A DNA stretch of 64,000 nucleotides. Origin: Clostridiales bacterium (GTDB lineage Bacteria > Bacillota > Clostridia > Christensenellales > Aristaeellaceae). Location: assembly GCA_015056155.1 (NCBI GenBank), contig SVGU01000002.1:4169-68168 (forward strand), in the 5' to 3' direction. Below the pieces are notes generated by a model. It was given only the letters and a program-made list of their open reading frames with translations. It was not told where the DNA came from and made no database searches. Within the stretch, counting starts at the first letter, position 1, and the number at the start of each line of letters is the position of its first letter. Made by a program: the position numbers and the translations under genes. Of this stretch, positions 8,733-16,793 are shown one piece after another.

Positions 8733-9640
8733 ACGCGATCCTGCTGAGCGGCGTGACCGGTCTGCTGCTGGGACTCCTGCTTCACTGGACGGGCTTCTCC
8801 CGGCCGGACGGGCTGCGTCAGGCGCTTGCCTTCCGCCGGGGCAGCTGCGTCCGAAGCGCCCTGTATGCCGTGGGGGCCGCCATGGCCATGACGGCGCTGC
8901 TATGCTGGCTGGCGGTGATCGACGTGGACGGGATCGCCGTGCTGCCCCTGTCCGGCGGGGCGCTCATCGGCGGAACAGTCTTCGGCATTGCGGCAGGGCT
9001 GTGCGGCTTCACACCGCTGACGGCCTTCGCCGGGCTGGGCGGCGGGGCTGCGCCGGAGGGGCTTTGCGCCATCGCCGGATGCCTGCTGGCCGGGCAGCTG
9101 CTGCCGCTGCTGGAGGGGCCGCTGTCCGCGCTGGGGCAGCTGCCGCCCCTGTCTGCCGCAACGGTCTTTGAGGTGACGCTGGACGAGCCGTTCCTGCTGG
9201 ACGGCGGCTTTCTGGGACAGGGCTGCGCGGGGCTGCTGCTGGCGGTGATCGCCGCGTGCATCCCCATGCCCCGGCCGCCCGTGGTCAGCAAGCCGGATAC
9301 GCCCTCCGAGCCCGACCCTGGCAGCATCGCAGAGGACGTCCCCGCGCCCGAAGCCGAACCGGACGCAGCTCCCGCCGCCGATGCAGAGGAGCCCCCGCCC
9401 GACCCGGCAGCGGAATCCCCCGCGCCGCTGCTCCTCCCCGCCGCCGCGCCGGAGGAGACCTTCATCGCCCTGCTCCCCGGCGAGGAGCCGCTGGTGGTGG
9501 ACACCCTCCTGGACGAGCCGCAGGAGGATCCCCCCACCTCGCCGGATGACCCGGAGTCTCCCGCCGCACAGGAACCGGATGAATCCCCCGCATCGCCCCC
9601 GCCGGACGAACCCAGCCCGGAGAACCGCGCCGAACCTTGA
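8729..9640 (+). CDS. YeeE/YedE-like membrane protein with a long Pro/Glu/Asp-rich C-terminal tail
   Basis: ATG 8729 after AAAGGAGG. Translation: MNAILLSGVTGLLLGLLLHWTGFS..LIGGTVFGIAAGLCGFTP.., followed by about 150 low-complexity residues (PSEPDPGS..PEAEPDAAPAADAEEPPPDP..SPPPDEPSPENRAEP). Confidence 0.6.
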   Translation: MNAILLSGVTGLLLGLLLHWTGFSRPDGLRQALAFRRGSCVRSALYAVGAAMAMTALLCWLAVIDVDGIAVLPLSGGALIGGTVFGIAAGLCGFTPLTAFAGLGGGAAPEGLCAIAGCLLAGQLLPLLEGPLSALGQLPPLSAATVFEVTLDEPFLLDGGFLGQGCAGLLLAVIAACIPMPRPPVVSKPDTPSEPDPGSIAEDVPAPEAEPDAAPAADAEEPPPDPAAESPAPLLLPAAAPEETFIALLPGEEPLVVDTLLDEPQEDPPTSPDDPESPAAQEPDESPASPPPDEPSPENRAEP

Positions 9641-9692
9641 CAGCCGCCGCGCGCTGGGGTATCATGACAGAAGACGAACAACGGAGGTCCCT

Positions 9693-12600
9693 ATGCAGAC
9701 CATATTCGAACACATCTGCCGCGAGCTGTCCCTGGGCTGCCTGACAGGCGAACCGAGGCAGCTCAGCGGCGGCTATACCCACCGCATGTACGCCTTGCCG
9801 ACCGGGCAGGGCCTGTTTGCCGTCAAGCTCCTGAACCCGGAGATCATGCAGCGCCCGGACGCGCCGGGCAACTACCGCCGCGCCGAGGCCTTCGAGCGTC
9901 TGCTGGAGGAGGCCGGGCTGCCCATCCTGCCCGCGCTGACCATCGGCGGCCGCAAGCTGCACTGCGTGGACGGGCAGTACCTCTACCTGTTCCCCCACTA
10001 CGCCGGGCATGTCCTGACTGACAGGGAGATCACCCCGGAGCACTGCCGGAGGATGGGCGGCGTGCTGGCACGCATCCACGCCTGCGCCGACCGGGAGCGC
10101 CCGGAGGAGGAGGACGCACCGCCCGCGCCCATCGACTGGGCAAAGCTGGCGGATACGCTCCTCGCCTGCCCCGCCGCCCGGGCTGAGGGCGAAAGGCTGC
10201 AGCAGGCGCTGCCCATGCTGACAGCCCTCACGGAGTCGGCCATCAGCGCCGCCCGCCGCCTTCCCCGCCGGGAAACGCTGTGCCACAACGACATGGACCC
10301 GAAGAACGTGCTCTGGCAGGGGGATGATTTCCGCATCATCGACCTGGAGTGCCTCGGATACGCCAACCCGCAGCAGGAGCTGCTCGACCTTGCCGTGACA
10401 TGGGCAGGGACGGAGGGGCAGGAGGCGCGGTTCAAGGCCTTTGTGAAGGGGTATTACGCCGCTGGCGGCAGCCCCGTCACCGATGCGGAGGTCTGCTGCG
10501 ACAGCCGCCGCAACGATCTGGACTGGCTGCGCTACTGCGTGCAGCGCGCCCTTTCCCCCGACCCGCAGGAGCGGCGCACCGGCCGGGAGCAGATCGCCCC
10601 GACTCTCGACCGGCTGGAGGACAGGCTGCACAGCCGGGAGTGCATCCTGCGCTGGCTCCGGGAGACGGAGGTGTACGGCCTGCAGCTGATCCACTACTGC
10701 CACCCGGACTGCGAGCCGCTGAAGAACATCATGCGCCTGCCTGAGGAAGAGGCCTTCCGCCTCGCCGCGGACATGGCACGCAAACACCCCGACGCCTCGG
10801 CCTTCTTCCGCTTTTCGGACTTTGACAGCTACTATCCGCGCCGGATGGAGGCGGACGGCATCCTCAGCGCCGCCTTCCGCGACCGTGGCGGACGCCCGGC
10901 GCAGGCGCATCCCCTCTCCTTCGCGCTGGAGGGCAGCGACTTCCTCGACGGCTGGTTCGACCGGGGGACGGTGCTGCGCCTGCCCCTCGCCTGCGTCCCG
11001 GAGGACCGGATCAGCTTCACCCTCGGCGACAGCCTCGGCATGCTCGACCGCACCGGCGGCTTCATCTTCCTCACCCTGCCGGAGCTGCTCAGCCGCATCC
11101 GCGCCCATCCCGAAGGGGCGACGGGCTTCCTGCGCGACATGAAGCAGCAGTACCGCTACATCGAGGCACAGCTATGGGACGACGCGCCCTGCCGGCACGC
11201 CCGGACGCTGCGGTCGGCAGAAAAATCCCCTCCGGCGATGAAACCTGATCCGCCTTTCGCACACTATATGGGCGAAGGGAGGGCGAAGACGATGCCCGAT
11301 ACGATCCTGACGGAGGCCTCCGGGCCGCTGTTCTACTTCTTCCTGCGCAAGACCGGCGACGCCTCCGCCGCCGAGGACCTCGCGTCGGACGTGCTGCTGG
11401 CGTTCCTTGCCGCCTGCCGGGCAGGCAGGGAGCTCGCGCATCCCCGCGCCTGGATCTGGCAGGTGGCGCGGAACCGGTATGCCGCATGGGCGCGGGACAG
11501 GCGCATCCGCCTGGAACAGGAGGTCTGCGGGGATGACGCAACCGCCGCGGCGGACGATGCCGACATGACCGCCGGGCTCCTGCAAAGGGAGGATGCGGCC
11601 CGTCTGCGGCGGGAGCTGGCCTTCATCCGCAGGGAATACCGCGAGGTGGTCGTCGCGCACTACATCGAGGATCGCTCCGTCGCCGACATCGCCCGGCGTC
11701 TCTCCCTTCCCGAGGGGACGGTCAAGACCCGTCTCCGCCGGTGCAGAAGCAAGATCAGGGAGGGAATGGATATGGCCCGAGAATTCGGCCCCCGGAGCTA
11801 CAACCCGGAAAACATGGACTTCGTCACCAGCGGCAACATGCCGTCATCGCTGCCGAACAGCGCCATGGCGCGCAAGCTGCCGCTCAACATCCTGCTGGAG
11901 GCCAGCGAGAACCCGTCCACCGTTGAGGAGCTGGCGATGGCGCTGGGTGTGGCGGTCCCCTACATGGAGGAGGAGGTGCGCCTGCTGGCGGACGCGACGC
12001 TCCTGCGGCAGTCGGGCGACCGCTATGTCACCGCCTTTTACATCATGGACGGCGAGACCGCCAGCCGCCTGCGCCGCACCCTGCGGGAAAACGCCGCCGG
12101 CCGCACAAAGGCCGTCCGCGCCATCGCCCTGGACATGCTGCCCCTCCTGCGGCAGCTCCACCCGGACAACGCCCGCCGCACGGACAACGACCTGCTCTGG
12201 TGGCTGCTGCCCCATGTGCACGAGACCGCCATGTTCTCCGACCCGCACTACGTCTGCGACTTCCCGGAGCGCAGCTGCGGCAGGAATGAGACCTGGGGCG
12301 TGGAGGGCTTCGAAAGGGTCGAGGACCCGGACTGGGAGCGCTGCCTGATGGGCCGCTGCCTGAATCAGCAGGACAACACCGCCTCCGGCCTGTACCAGTA
12401 CGACCATGAGTGCGAGGCCATGTGGAACCGCGCCGGCATCATGAACGGCCGCCAGGCCGCGCTGCTCGGCTCGCTCCTGCGCCAGAACCGCCCCCTCTCC
12501 GCCCTGACGGACACGGAGAAAGGCGTCTGGCAGACCCTCTGCGGCCGCTTCGCCCATGAGCAGGACGGGCATGCCGTGTCGGACGTCGTGGTGCTGCCCC

Positions 12601-12872
12601 GCGAAGGGCTGCAAAAGCTGGAGCGCGCCATCCGCGCCCATCCCTGCTACGCAGCCCTTGAAAACGCCGTCAAAGCGGATTTCGACCGCCTGCTGCGCGT
12701 GTTTTCCGCCATCCCCGGCGCGATCCTCCGGGAGCAGAAGAACTACGCCGCCTCCAACGAGATCTGCAACAGCCGCATGATGGTCCTCAACGACTGCCTC
12801 GCCGACGGCACCCTGACGCTACCTGCACAGCCGGAGAGCTCCACCGCCGGCATGTGGATCGAGCTGCGGTGA
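9693..12872 (+). CDS. Multidomain fusion ORF (1059 aa): APH-like kinase fold, unknown module, ECF-type sigma-70 factor, about 370-aa C-terminal extension
   Basis: ATG 9693 after GGAGG. There is no in-frame stop until 12870-12872 (the track ORF 9381..12872 is one continuous translation). The kinase fold shows SGGYTHRMY..FAVKLL..LCHNDMDPKNVLW (about 10281)..FRIIDLE. The middle module is YGLQLIHYCHPDCEPLKNIMRLPEEEAF... Sigma region 2 is DLASDVLLAFLAACRAG..WIWQVARNRYAAWARDRR. Sigma region 4 is REYREVVVAHYIEDRSVADIARRLSLPEGTVKTRLRRCRSKIREG. The long tail has a wHTH-like stretch, STVEELAMALGVAVPYMEEEVRLLADATLL. Confidence 0.7.
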   Translation: MQTIFEHICRELSLGCLTGEPRQLSGGYTHRMYALPTGQGLFAVKLLNPEIMQRPDAPGNYRRAEAFERLLEEAGLPILPALTIGGRKLHCVDGQYLYLFPHYAGHVLTDREITPEHCRRMGGVLARIHACADRERPEEEDAPPAPIDWAKLADTLLACPAARAEGERLQQALPMLTALTESAISAARRLPRRETLCHNDMDPKNVLWQGDDFRIIDLECLGYANPQQELLDLAVTWAGTEGQEARFKAFVKGYYAAGGSPVTDAEVCCDSRRNDLDWLRYCVQRALSPDPQERRTGREQIAPTLDRLEDRLHSRECILRWLRETEVYGLQLIHYCHPDCEPLKNIMRLPEEEAFRLAADMARKHPDASAFFRFSDFDSYYPRRMEADGILSAAFRDRGGRPAQAHPLSFALEGSDFLDGWFDRGTVLRLPLACVPEDRISFTLGDSLGMLDRTGGFIFLTLPELLSRIRAHPEGATGFLRDMKQQYRYIEAQLWDDAPCRHARTLRSAEKSPPAMKPDPPFAHYMGEGRAKTMPDTILTEASGPLFYFFLRKTGDASAAEDLASDVLLAFLAACRAGRELAHPRAWIWQVARNRYAAWARDRRIRLEQEVCGDDATAAADDADMTAGLLQREDAARLRRELAFIRREYREVVVAHYIEDRSVADIARRLSLPEGTVKTRLRRCRSKIREGMDMAREFGPRSYNPENMDFVTSGNMPSSLPNSAMARKLPLNILLEASENPSTVEELAMALGVAVPYMEEEVRLLADATLLRQSGDRYVTAFYIMDGETASRLRRTLRENAAGRTKAVRAIALDMLPLLRQLHPDNARRTDNDLLWWLLPHVHETAMFSDPHYVCDFPERSCGRNETWGVEGFERVEDPDWERCLMGRCLNQQDNTASGLYQYDHECEAMWNRAGIMNGRQAALLGSLLRQNRPLSALTDTEKGVWQTLCGRFAHEQDGHAVSDVVVLPREGLQKLERAIRAHPCYAALENAVKADFDRLLRVFSAIPGAILREQKNYAASNEICNSRMMVLNDCLADGTLTLPAQPESSTAGMWIELR
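11275..11294 (+). promoter_or_regulatory. Internal Shine-Dalgarno plus ATG in front of the sigma-factor module
   Basis: AAGGGAGGG (11275-11283), 8-nt spacer, ATG 11292, in frame with the upstream ORF. The about 75 nt before it have intergenic-like third-position composition, and both other frames carry TGA there. Confidence 0.5.
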
Positions 12873-12897
12873 ACACCCCGCCGCCGGAGGTCCAATA

Positions 12898-12926
12898 TTG
12901 ACAAATCACATTGTGTACTATATAAT
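12898..12926 (+). promoter_or_regulatory. Consensus sigma-70 promoter
   Basis: TTGACA (12898-12903), 17-nt spacer, TATAAT (12921-12926). Confidence 0.7.
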
Positions 12927-12961
12927 ATGAGCGCTGTATCCAATCCGGGTACAGCGCTCAT
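12927..12961. promoter_or_regulatory. Perfect 12-bp inverted repeat (operator or attenuator hairpin) overlapping the predicted transcription start
   Basis: ATGAGCGCTGTA-N11-TACAGCGCTCAT immediately after the -10 box, followed by ATTTTG. Confidence 0.5.
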
Positions 12962-12986
12962 ATTTTGCTGAAAGAAGGCGTCCCTC

Positions 12987-13475
12987 ATGAGAGATTTCTC
13001 CGTGAAAAAGCTGACCTTCGCCGGGCTGATGGCCGCGCTGATCTGCGTGCTGACGATGTTTCCGCACCTGCCGATCCCTGCGGGCTCCGGCTATGTCCAT
13101 CTGGGCGACGGCATGATCCTGCTGGCCGCGATGGTCGTCGGGCCGATGGCGATCCCCGCCGCAGCCGTCGGCAGCGCGCTGGCCGATCTGTTCTCCGGCT
13201 TTGCGCTCTATGCCCCCGCAACCTTCTCGATCAAGGGCCTCGTCGCGCTGATCGCCTGGCTCCTCTACCGCAAGGGCAGCATCCTCCGGACGGTCGTGGC
13301 CTTCCTGCTCGCCGAAGCGGCGATGGTCGCCGGTTATTTCGTGTTCGAGTGGTTCGTCGCCCGGGACTACGCCGTCGTGGACATCATCGGCAACACCATC
13401 CAGGGCGTCTCCGGCGTGGCGCTGGGCGTCGCCTTCACCTACGCCGTGCCCCAGCTGGAACGGGCGCTGAAGTAA
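12987..13475 (+). CDS. ECF-transporter substrate-specific (S) component, substrate unknown
   Basis: 162 aa with 5-6 TM segments. KKLTFAGLMAALICVLTMF..IPAGSGYVHLGDGMILLAAMVVGP.. is typical of solitary S components. No EcfA/T genes are nearby. Confidence 0.7.
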   Translation: MRDFSVKKLTFAGLMAALICVLTMFPHLPIPAGSGYVHLGDGMILLAAMVVGPMAIPAAAVGSALADLFSGFALYAPATFSIKGLVALIAWLLYRKGSILRTVVAFLLAEAAMVAGYFVFEWFVARDYAVVDIIGNTIQGVSGVALGVAFTYAVPQLERALK

Positions 13476-13517
13476 GGACTGCGCGCCCGCGTGCCGAAAC
13501 TGCACACATCAAAAGAG

Positions 13518-13560
13518 CCGCCGTTCCCGGTCGTCATTGAACCGGAAACGGCGGTTTTTT
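13518..13560. terminator. Bidirectional intrinsic terminator
   Basis: CCGCCGTTCCCGG (13518-13530) pairs with CCGGAAACGGCGG (13542-13554). AAAAGAG lies before it and TTTTTT after it. It sits between convergent genes. Confidence 0.7.
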
Positions 13561-13566
13561 CTGTAT

Positions 13567-14262
13567 TCATTTCTGATTTGCGGGGGAAAAGGGGCAGCGC
13601 ATTCCGATGCACTGGGCATTCATCGCGGAATACCGGCAGACTACCTGCCGCCGCGCCATCTCAACGCCCAGATGCTCTGCGGAGAATTCCACCGCCTGCT
13701 GAACGGACAGGAAGGAATCCCGCTTGCAGCACCGCGGCCCGCCGACCTCCCCGATGGCGTTCAGTGCCCGCGCCGTCATCCGGTGCGCAAGGGCGAAGGA
13801 TGCATCCGCCAGCGGCGTGGCGCCCGTGACGATGGACACGAACTGCCCCGCGCTCAGCCCTGCGCCGCACGCGCCCCAGAAGCCGCATGCCCCGCCGGGC
13901 ACCTGACCTCCCCGGGAGCACATCTCCCTGAGCGCCGCCGCCAGGTCGATCCTGCCGCCCGCGTTCCGGTAAGCCGTCAGCAGCGCCGCGCCGACCATGA
14001 TGTGATGCTCCGGGCCGTGCATGTGGCAGCATTCCAGCTGCATCAGCCGCTCCAGCACCGCCGCCGGGTCGCGGGACTCCTCCCGCAGGCACACCCCGAC
14101 GATGCTGTCCACGCCCTTTATGTGGCACGCATCGCAGACATAGTGTCCCTCGCTGCAGCGGGCCTTGCTGTGAAACGAGCCGCCGCACAGGGCGCAGGTC
14201 ATTTCCGCTCCCGCGTTCAGATACACCAGCGGCGCACCGCAGATCAGGCATTCTTCCGCCAC
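13567..14262 (-). CDS. Cys-rich metal-binding protein (DUF5714-like)
   Basis: Preferred start is GTG 14262 (GGAAGGAGG upstream). The track start 14319 would overlap the upstream gene. It contains an N-terminal CxxC..CxxC ribbon, HGPEHH, and many conserved-looking Cys. The family name is from memory. Confidence 0.6.
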   Translation of the reverse strand: MAEECLICGAPLVYLNAGAEMTCALCGGSFHSKARCSEGHYVCDACHIKGVDSIVGVCLREESRDPAAVLERLMQLECCHMHGPEHHIMVGAALLTAYRNAGGRIDLAAALREMCSRGGQVPGGACGFWGACGAGLSAGQFVSIVTGATPLADASFALAHRMTARALNAIGEVGGPRCCKRDSFLSVQQAVEFSAEHLGVEMARRQVVCRYSAMNAQCIGMRCPFSPANQK

Positions 14263-14291
14263 AATCCGTCCTCCTTCCGCGTCAAAGGCGC

Positions 14292-14897
14292 TCACTCCCG
14301 GGTGAAGCGGAAGTCGCACCGGTCGCCGCCGGTTCCCAGGGTCTGCGTCCGCTCAAAGCGGATGCCGGGCAAACCGCCATAGGTGGCGAAGTCGCTCTCA
14401 CAGAACGTGGGCATCAGCGCCTCCACCCCCAGCAGCGACGCATACCTGCAGTAGGGGCAGGAAACCGTGTCCATCGCCAGATGCGTCTGATCGGCATGGT
14501 AATTCGTATAGTCGAAGCCGCATTCCCGCCCGAACAGGGACATGGCCATGTCCGGCAGTACGCGCATGAACAGGCTCTTCATGCCCGGAATGCGCAGGAT
14601 GATGCGCATCATGCGGTTGCCCGTCCGGCACAGGCCGAGCAGCGCGTCCCGGGTGACAGCCAGCGCGTTGTCCGGGTCCGTTTCCAGCAGCGCCGTATAG
14701 ACCGCCGCCGTGGGCAGGATGGTATTCTTCAGGTGCGTCCATTCACCGGGGGTGGCGTCTACGCACTTTGCAGCCAGGCCGGCGTACTTCTCCTCCGCCC
14801 GGCGGAGGATCGCATCGAGCGCCGCCCGGTCATAGCGCTTCTTCAGCGCGCTGCGGATAAAGGGGTACTTGCTGTTCTTCCGGAACGCTGTGTCCAT
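14292..14897 (-). CDS. L-2-amino-thiazoline-4-carboxylic acid hydrolase-family protein
   Basis: 201 aa. The C-terminal part, SCPYCRY..FCESDF..GGDRCDFRF, matches my memory of the ATC-hydrolase family architecture. Confidence 0.55.
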   Translation of the reverse strand: MDTAFRKNSKYPFIRSALKKRYDRAALDAILRRAEEKYAGLAAKCVDATPGEWTHLKNTILPTAAVYTALLETDPDNALAVTRDALLGLCRTGNRMMRIILRIPGMKSLFMRVLPDMAMSLFGRECGFDYTNYHADQTHLAMDTVSCPYCRYASLLGVEALMPTFCESDFATYGGLPGIRFERTQTLGTGGDRCDFRFTRE

Positions 14898-14903
14898 GCT
14901 GAT

Positions 14904-15554
14904 TCATTCCTCCTGTGCAATCGGCCCGCGCCATGCGTGCCCGTCGGGGTACAGCCGCGCAAGACCCGCCTGCAGCCACCGCTTCTGTTCAGCGTTCATC
15001 AGCGGGTACACCGCCGCGTGATCCAGCCGGGCCGTTTCCTCATCCGCCCGGGCCGCCTTGTACAGCAGCGCAGCCTCCGGCGCAAGGACGGGCAGCCCCG
15101 CCCGCAGCAGGATGATCTGCTCCAGCGGGCAGCTCACGCCGCACACGGTCATGCCATCCTCATCCGCAGGGCTGAACAGCAGGTCGATGAAATTCAGTTC
15201 CGCCATCCCGGGGATGAACTGATGATACAGCAGGCCCTCCTCATCGCTGGGGAAAAACCGCACGGGCGGCGTTTCCCCGCAGGCGGCCATCAAATTGCGC
15301 CCGGGTTCGCTGTCAGCAGCGCTCCGGACCGGCCGGACCTTCCCCATCCCGCGGTATTCGTGGATGCGCCAGCCCCTGTCCAGCAGGTACGCAATGACGT
15401 CTGCGCGCGCCGTTTCCGGCAGGCACAGGTCGATATCCCCATGGGGACGGATCTCCCGCCCCACGAAGACCTCCAGCGCATATCCGCCGCACAGCGCCCA
15501 CGGGAACTCCGCCTCCGCAAACAGCGCCCGCAGCTGCATCAGCAGGGGTTGCAT
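14904..15554 (-). CDS. Nucleotidyltransferase, ANT(2'')/Lnu-like fold
   Basis: WALCGGYALEVFVGREIRPHGDIDL is the GG..(R)xHxDIDL motif of the aminoglycoside-2''-adenylyltransferase-type family. Confidence 0.6.
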   Translation of the reverse strand: MQPLLMQLRALFAEAEFPWALCGGYALEVFVGREIRPHGDIDLCLPETARADVIAYLLDRGWRIHEYRGMGKVRPVRSAADSEPGRNLMAACGETPPVRFFPSDEEGLLYHQFIPGMAELNFIDLLFSPADEDGMTVCGVSCPLEQIILLRAGLPVLAPEAALLYKAARADEETARLDHAAVYPLMNAEQKRWLQAGLARLYPDGHAWRGPIAQEE

Positions 15555-15556
15555 CC

Positions 15557-16585
15557 TTACAGCTCCTTCAGCGCGGCAATGAACTGATCCACGTATTCAT
15601 CCGGCGTGCACCAGGACGTGCACACGCGCAGCACCACATGCTCCTCGTCCAGCCGGCCGTTGAACTCCAGCTTGAAGCCGAGGTCCTCGATCTTCTCCCA
15701 CTGCTCGTCGCTGAAGACGGGGAAGAGCTGGTTCGTCGGCGAGTCCACATGCAGCGCGAAACCCTTCTCCATCAGCGCCTTGCGGATGCGCATCGCCTGA
15801 TCGACCGCCCGCTTGCCCAGCTGGAAGTACAGCCCGTTCTCCATCAGCGCGGAGAACTGGATGCCCAGCAGACGGCCCTTGGCCAGCATGCCGCCCTTCT
15901 GCTTGATCATGTAGCGGAAGCGCACGTTCAGCTCCGGGTTGTTGATGACCACCGCCTCGCCAAAGAGCGCGCCCATCTTCGTGCCGCCGACGGTGAACAC
16001 ATCGCAGTACCTGGCGATGTCCGCCGCCTTCAGGTCGCCCGTCGGGGCGGCCAGCGCATAGCCCAGGCGGGCGCCGTCGATGAACAGGTACAGGCCCAGC
16101 TGCTTGCAGGTCAGGTACAGGTCCTTGAGCTGGCTGAGGTTGTACACGGTGCCCACCTCGGTGGACATGGAGATGTAGACCATGCCGGGCTTGACCATAT
16201 GCTCGTCATCCGCCTGCGTGGCGGCGGCGACAGTCACCTGGGAAGCGGTGATGCGGCCGTCCTTGTTGGGCAGCGCAAGGCACTTGTGGCCGGTGGATTC
16301 AATGGCGCCGGTCTCGTGGACGTTGATGTGGCCGGTATCGGCGCACAGCACGCCCTCGTAGGGGCGCAGGATGGAGGAGATGACGGTCATATTCGCCTGC
16401 GTACCGCCCACAAGGAAATGCACGGCGGAGTCCGGGCAGGAGAAGGCGCTGCGGATGGCGTCGGCAGCCTCCTTGCAGTAATCGTCCGTGCCGTAGCCGG
16501 GGGTCTGGACCAGGTTGGTTTCAGTCAGCTTCTCAAGGATGGACGGATGGCAGCCCTCAAGGTAGTCACAATTCAGGCGGATCAT
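15557..16585 (-). CDS. ltaE: Low-specificity threonine aldolase (PLP-dependent, beta-eliminating lyase family)
   Basis: Translation: MIRLNCDYLEGCHPSILEKL..GYGTDDYC..FLVGGTQANM..FIDGARLGYAL..FTVGGTKMGALFGEA. Confidence 0.85.
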   Translation of the reverse strand: MIRLNCDYLEGCHPSILEKLTETNLVQTPGYGTDDYCKEAADAIRSAFSCPDSAVHFLVGGTQANMTVISSILRPYEGVLCADTGHINVHETGAIESTGHKCLALPNKDGRITASQVTVAAATQADDEHMVKPGMVYISMSTEVGTVYNLSQLKDLYLTCKQLGLYLFIDGARLGYALAAPTGDLKAADIARYCDVFTVGGTKMGALFGEAVVINNPELNVRFRYMIKQKGGMLAKGRLLGIQFSALMENGLYFQLGKRAVDQAMRIRKALMEKGFALHVDSPTNQLFPVFSDEQWEKIEDLGFKLEFNGRLDEEHVVLRVCTSWCTPDEYVDQFIAALKEL

Positions 16586-16659
16586 GGCGTTCAGTTCCTT
16601 TCACATGTCAATTCTGTATGCAATCGGCACATCCCGTGCCGGAGTACGCGAACAGCACT

Positions 16660-16688
16660 ATTATAACGTTTTCGTAACTCCTCGTCAA
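16660..16688 (-). promoter_or_regulatory. Sigma-70 promoter candidate for the ltaE operon
   Basis: On the minus strand: TTGACG (16688-16683), 17-nt spacer, TATAAT (16665-16660). Confidence 0.55.
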
Positions 16689-16754
16689 CAAGGGATTTCA
16701 TTCCCGCGCCCCTTTGGCGGGAGCTTTTCGGCTTGGTACTTCCGCCCGCATATA

Positions 16755-16785
16755 GAAAAACTCCGCATGAGCAAATCATGCGGAG
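16755..16785 (-). terminator. Intrinsic terminator after the P-loop kinase gene
   Basis: On the minus strand: CTCCGCATGA-tttgc-TCATGCGGAG followed by TTTTTC. Confidence 0.75.
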
Positions 16786-16793
16786 ATATTCAT

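Noticed and set aside
10650-10700. Separate internal start (GTG 10666 region, GGGAGA upstream) splitting the kinase fold from the middle module of the fusion ORF
   Set aside because: Third-position composition stays fully coding-like across this junction, and there is no spacer or stop. I therefore treat kinase fold plus middle module as one polypeptide. The 11292 junction is different.
12927-12986. preQ1 or another known riboswitch upstream of the ECF S-component gene
   Set aside because: I could not match the sequence to any riboswitch consensus I know (preQ1-I/II, THF, TPP, FMN). The leader is only about 55 nt and is dominated by one perfect palindrome.
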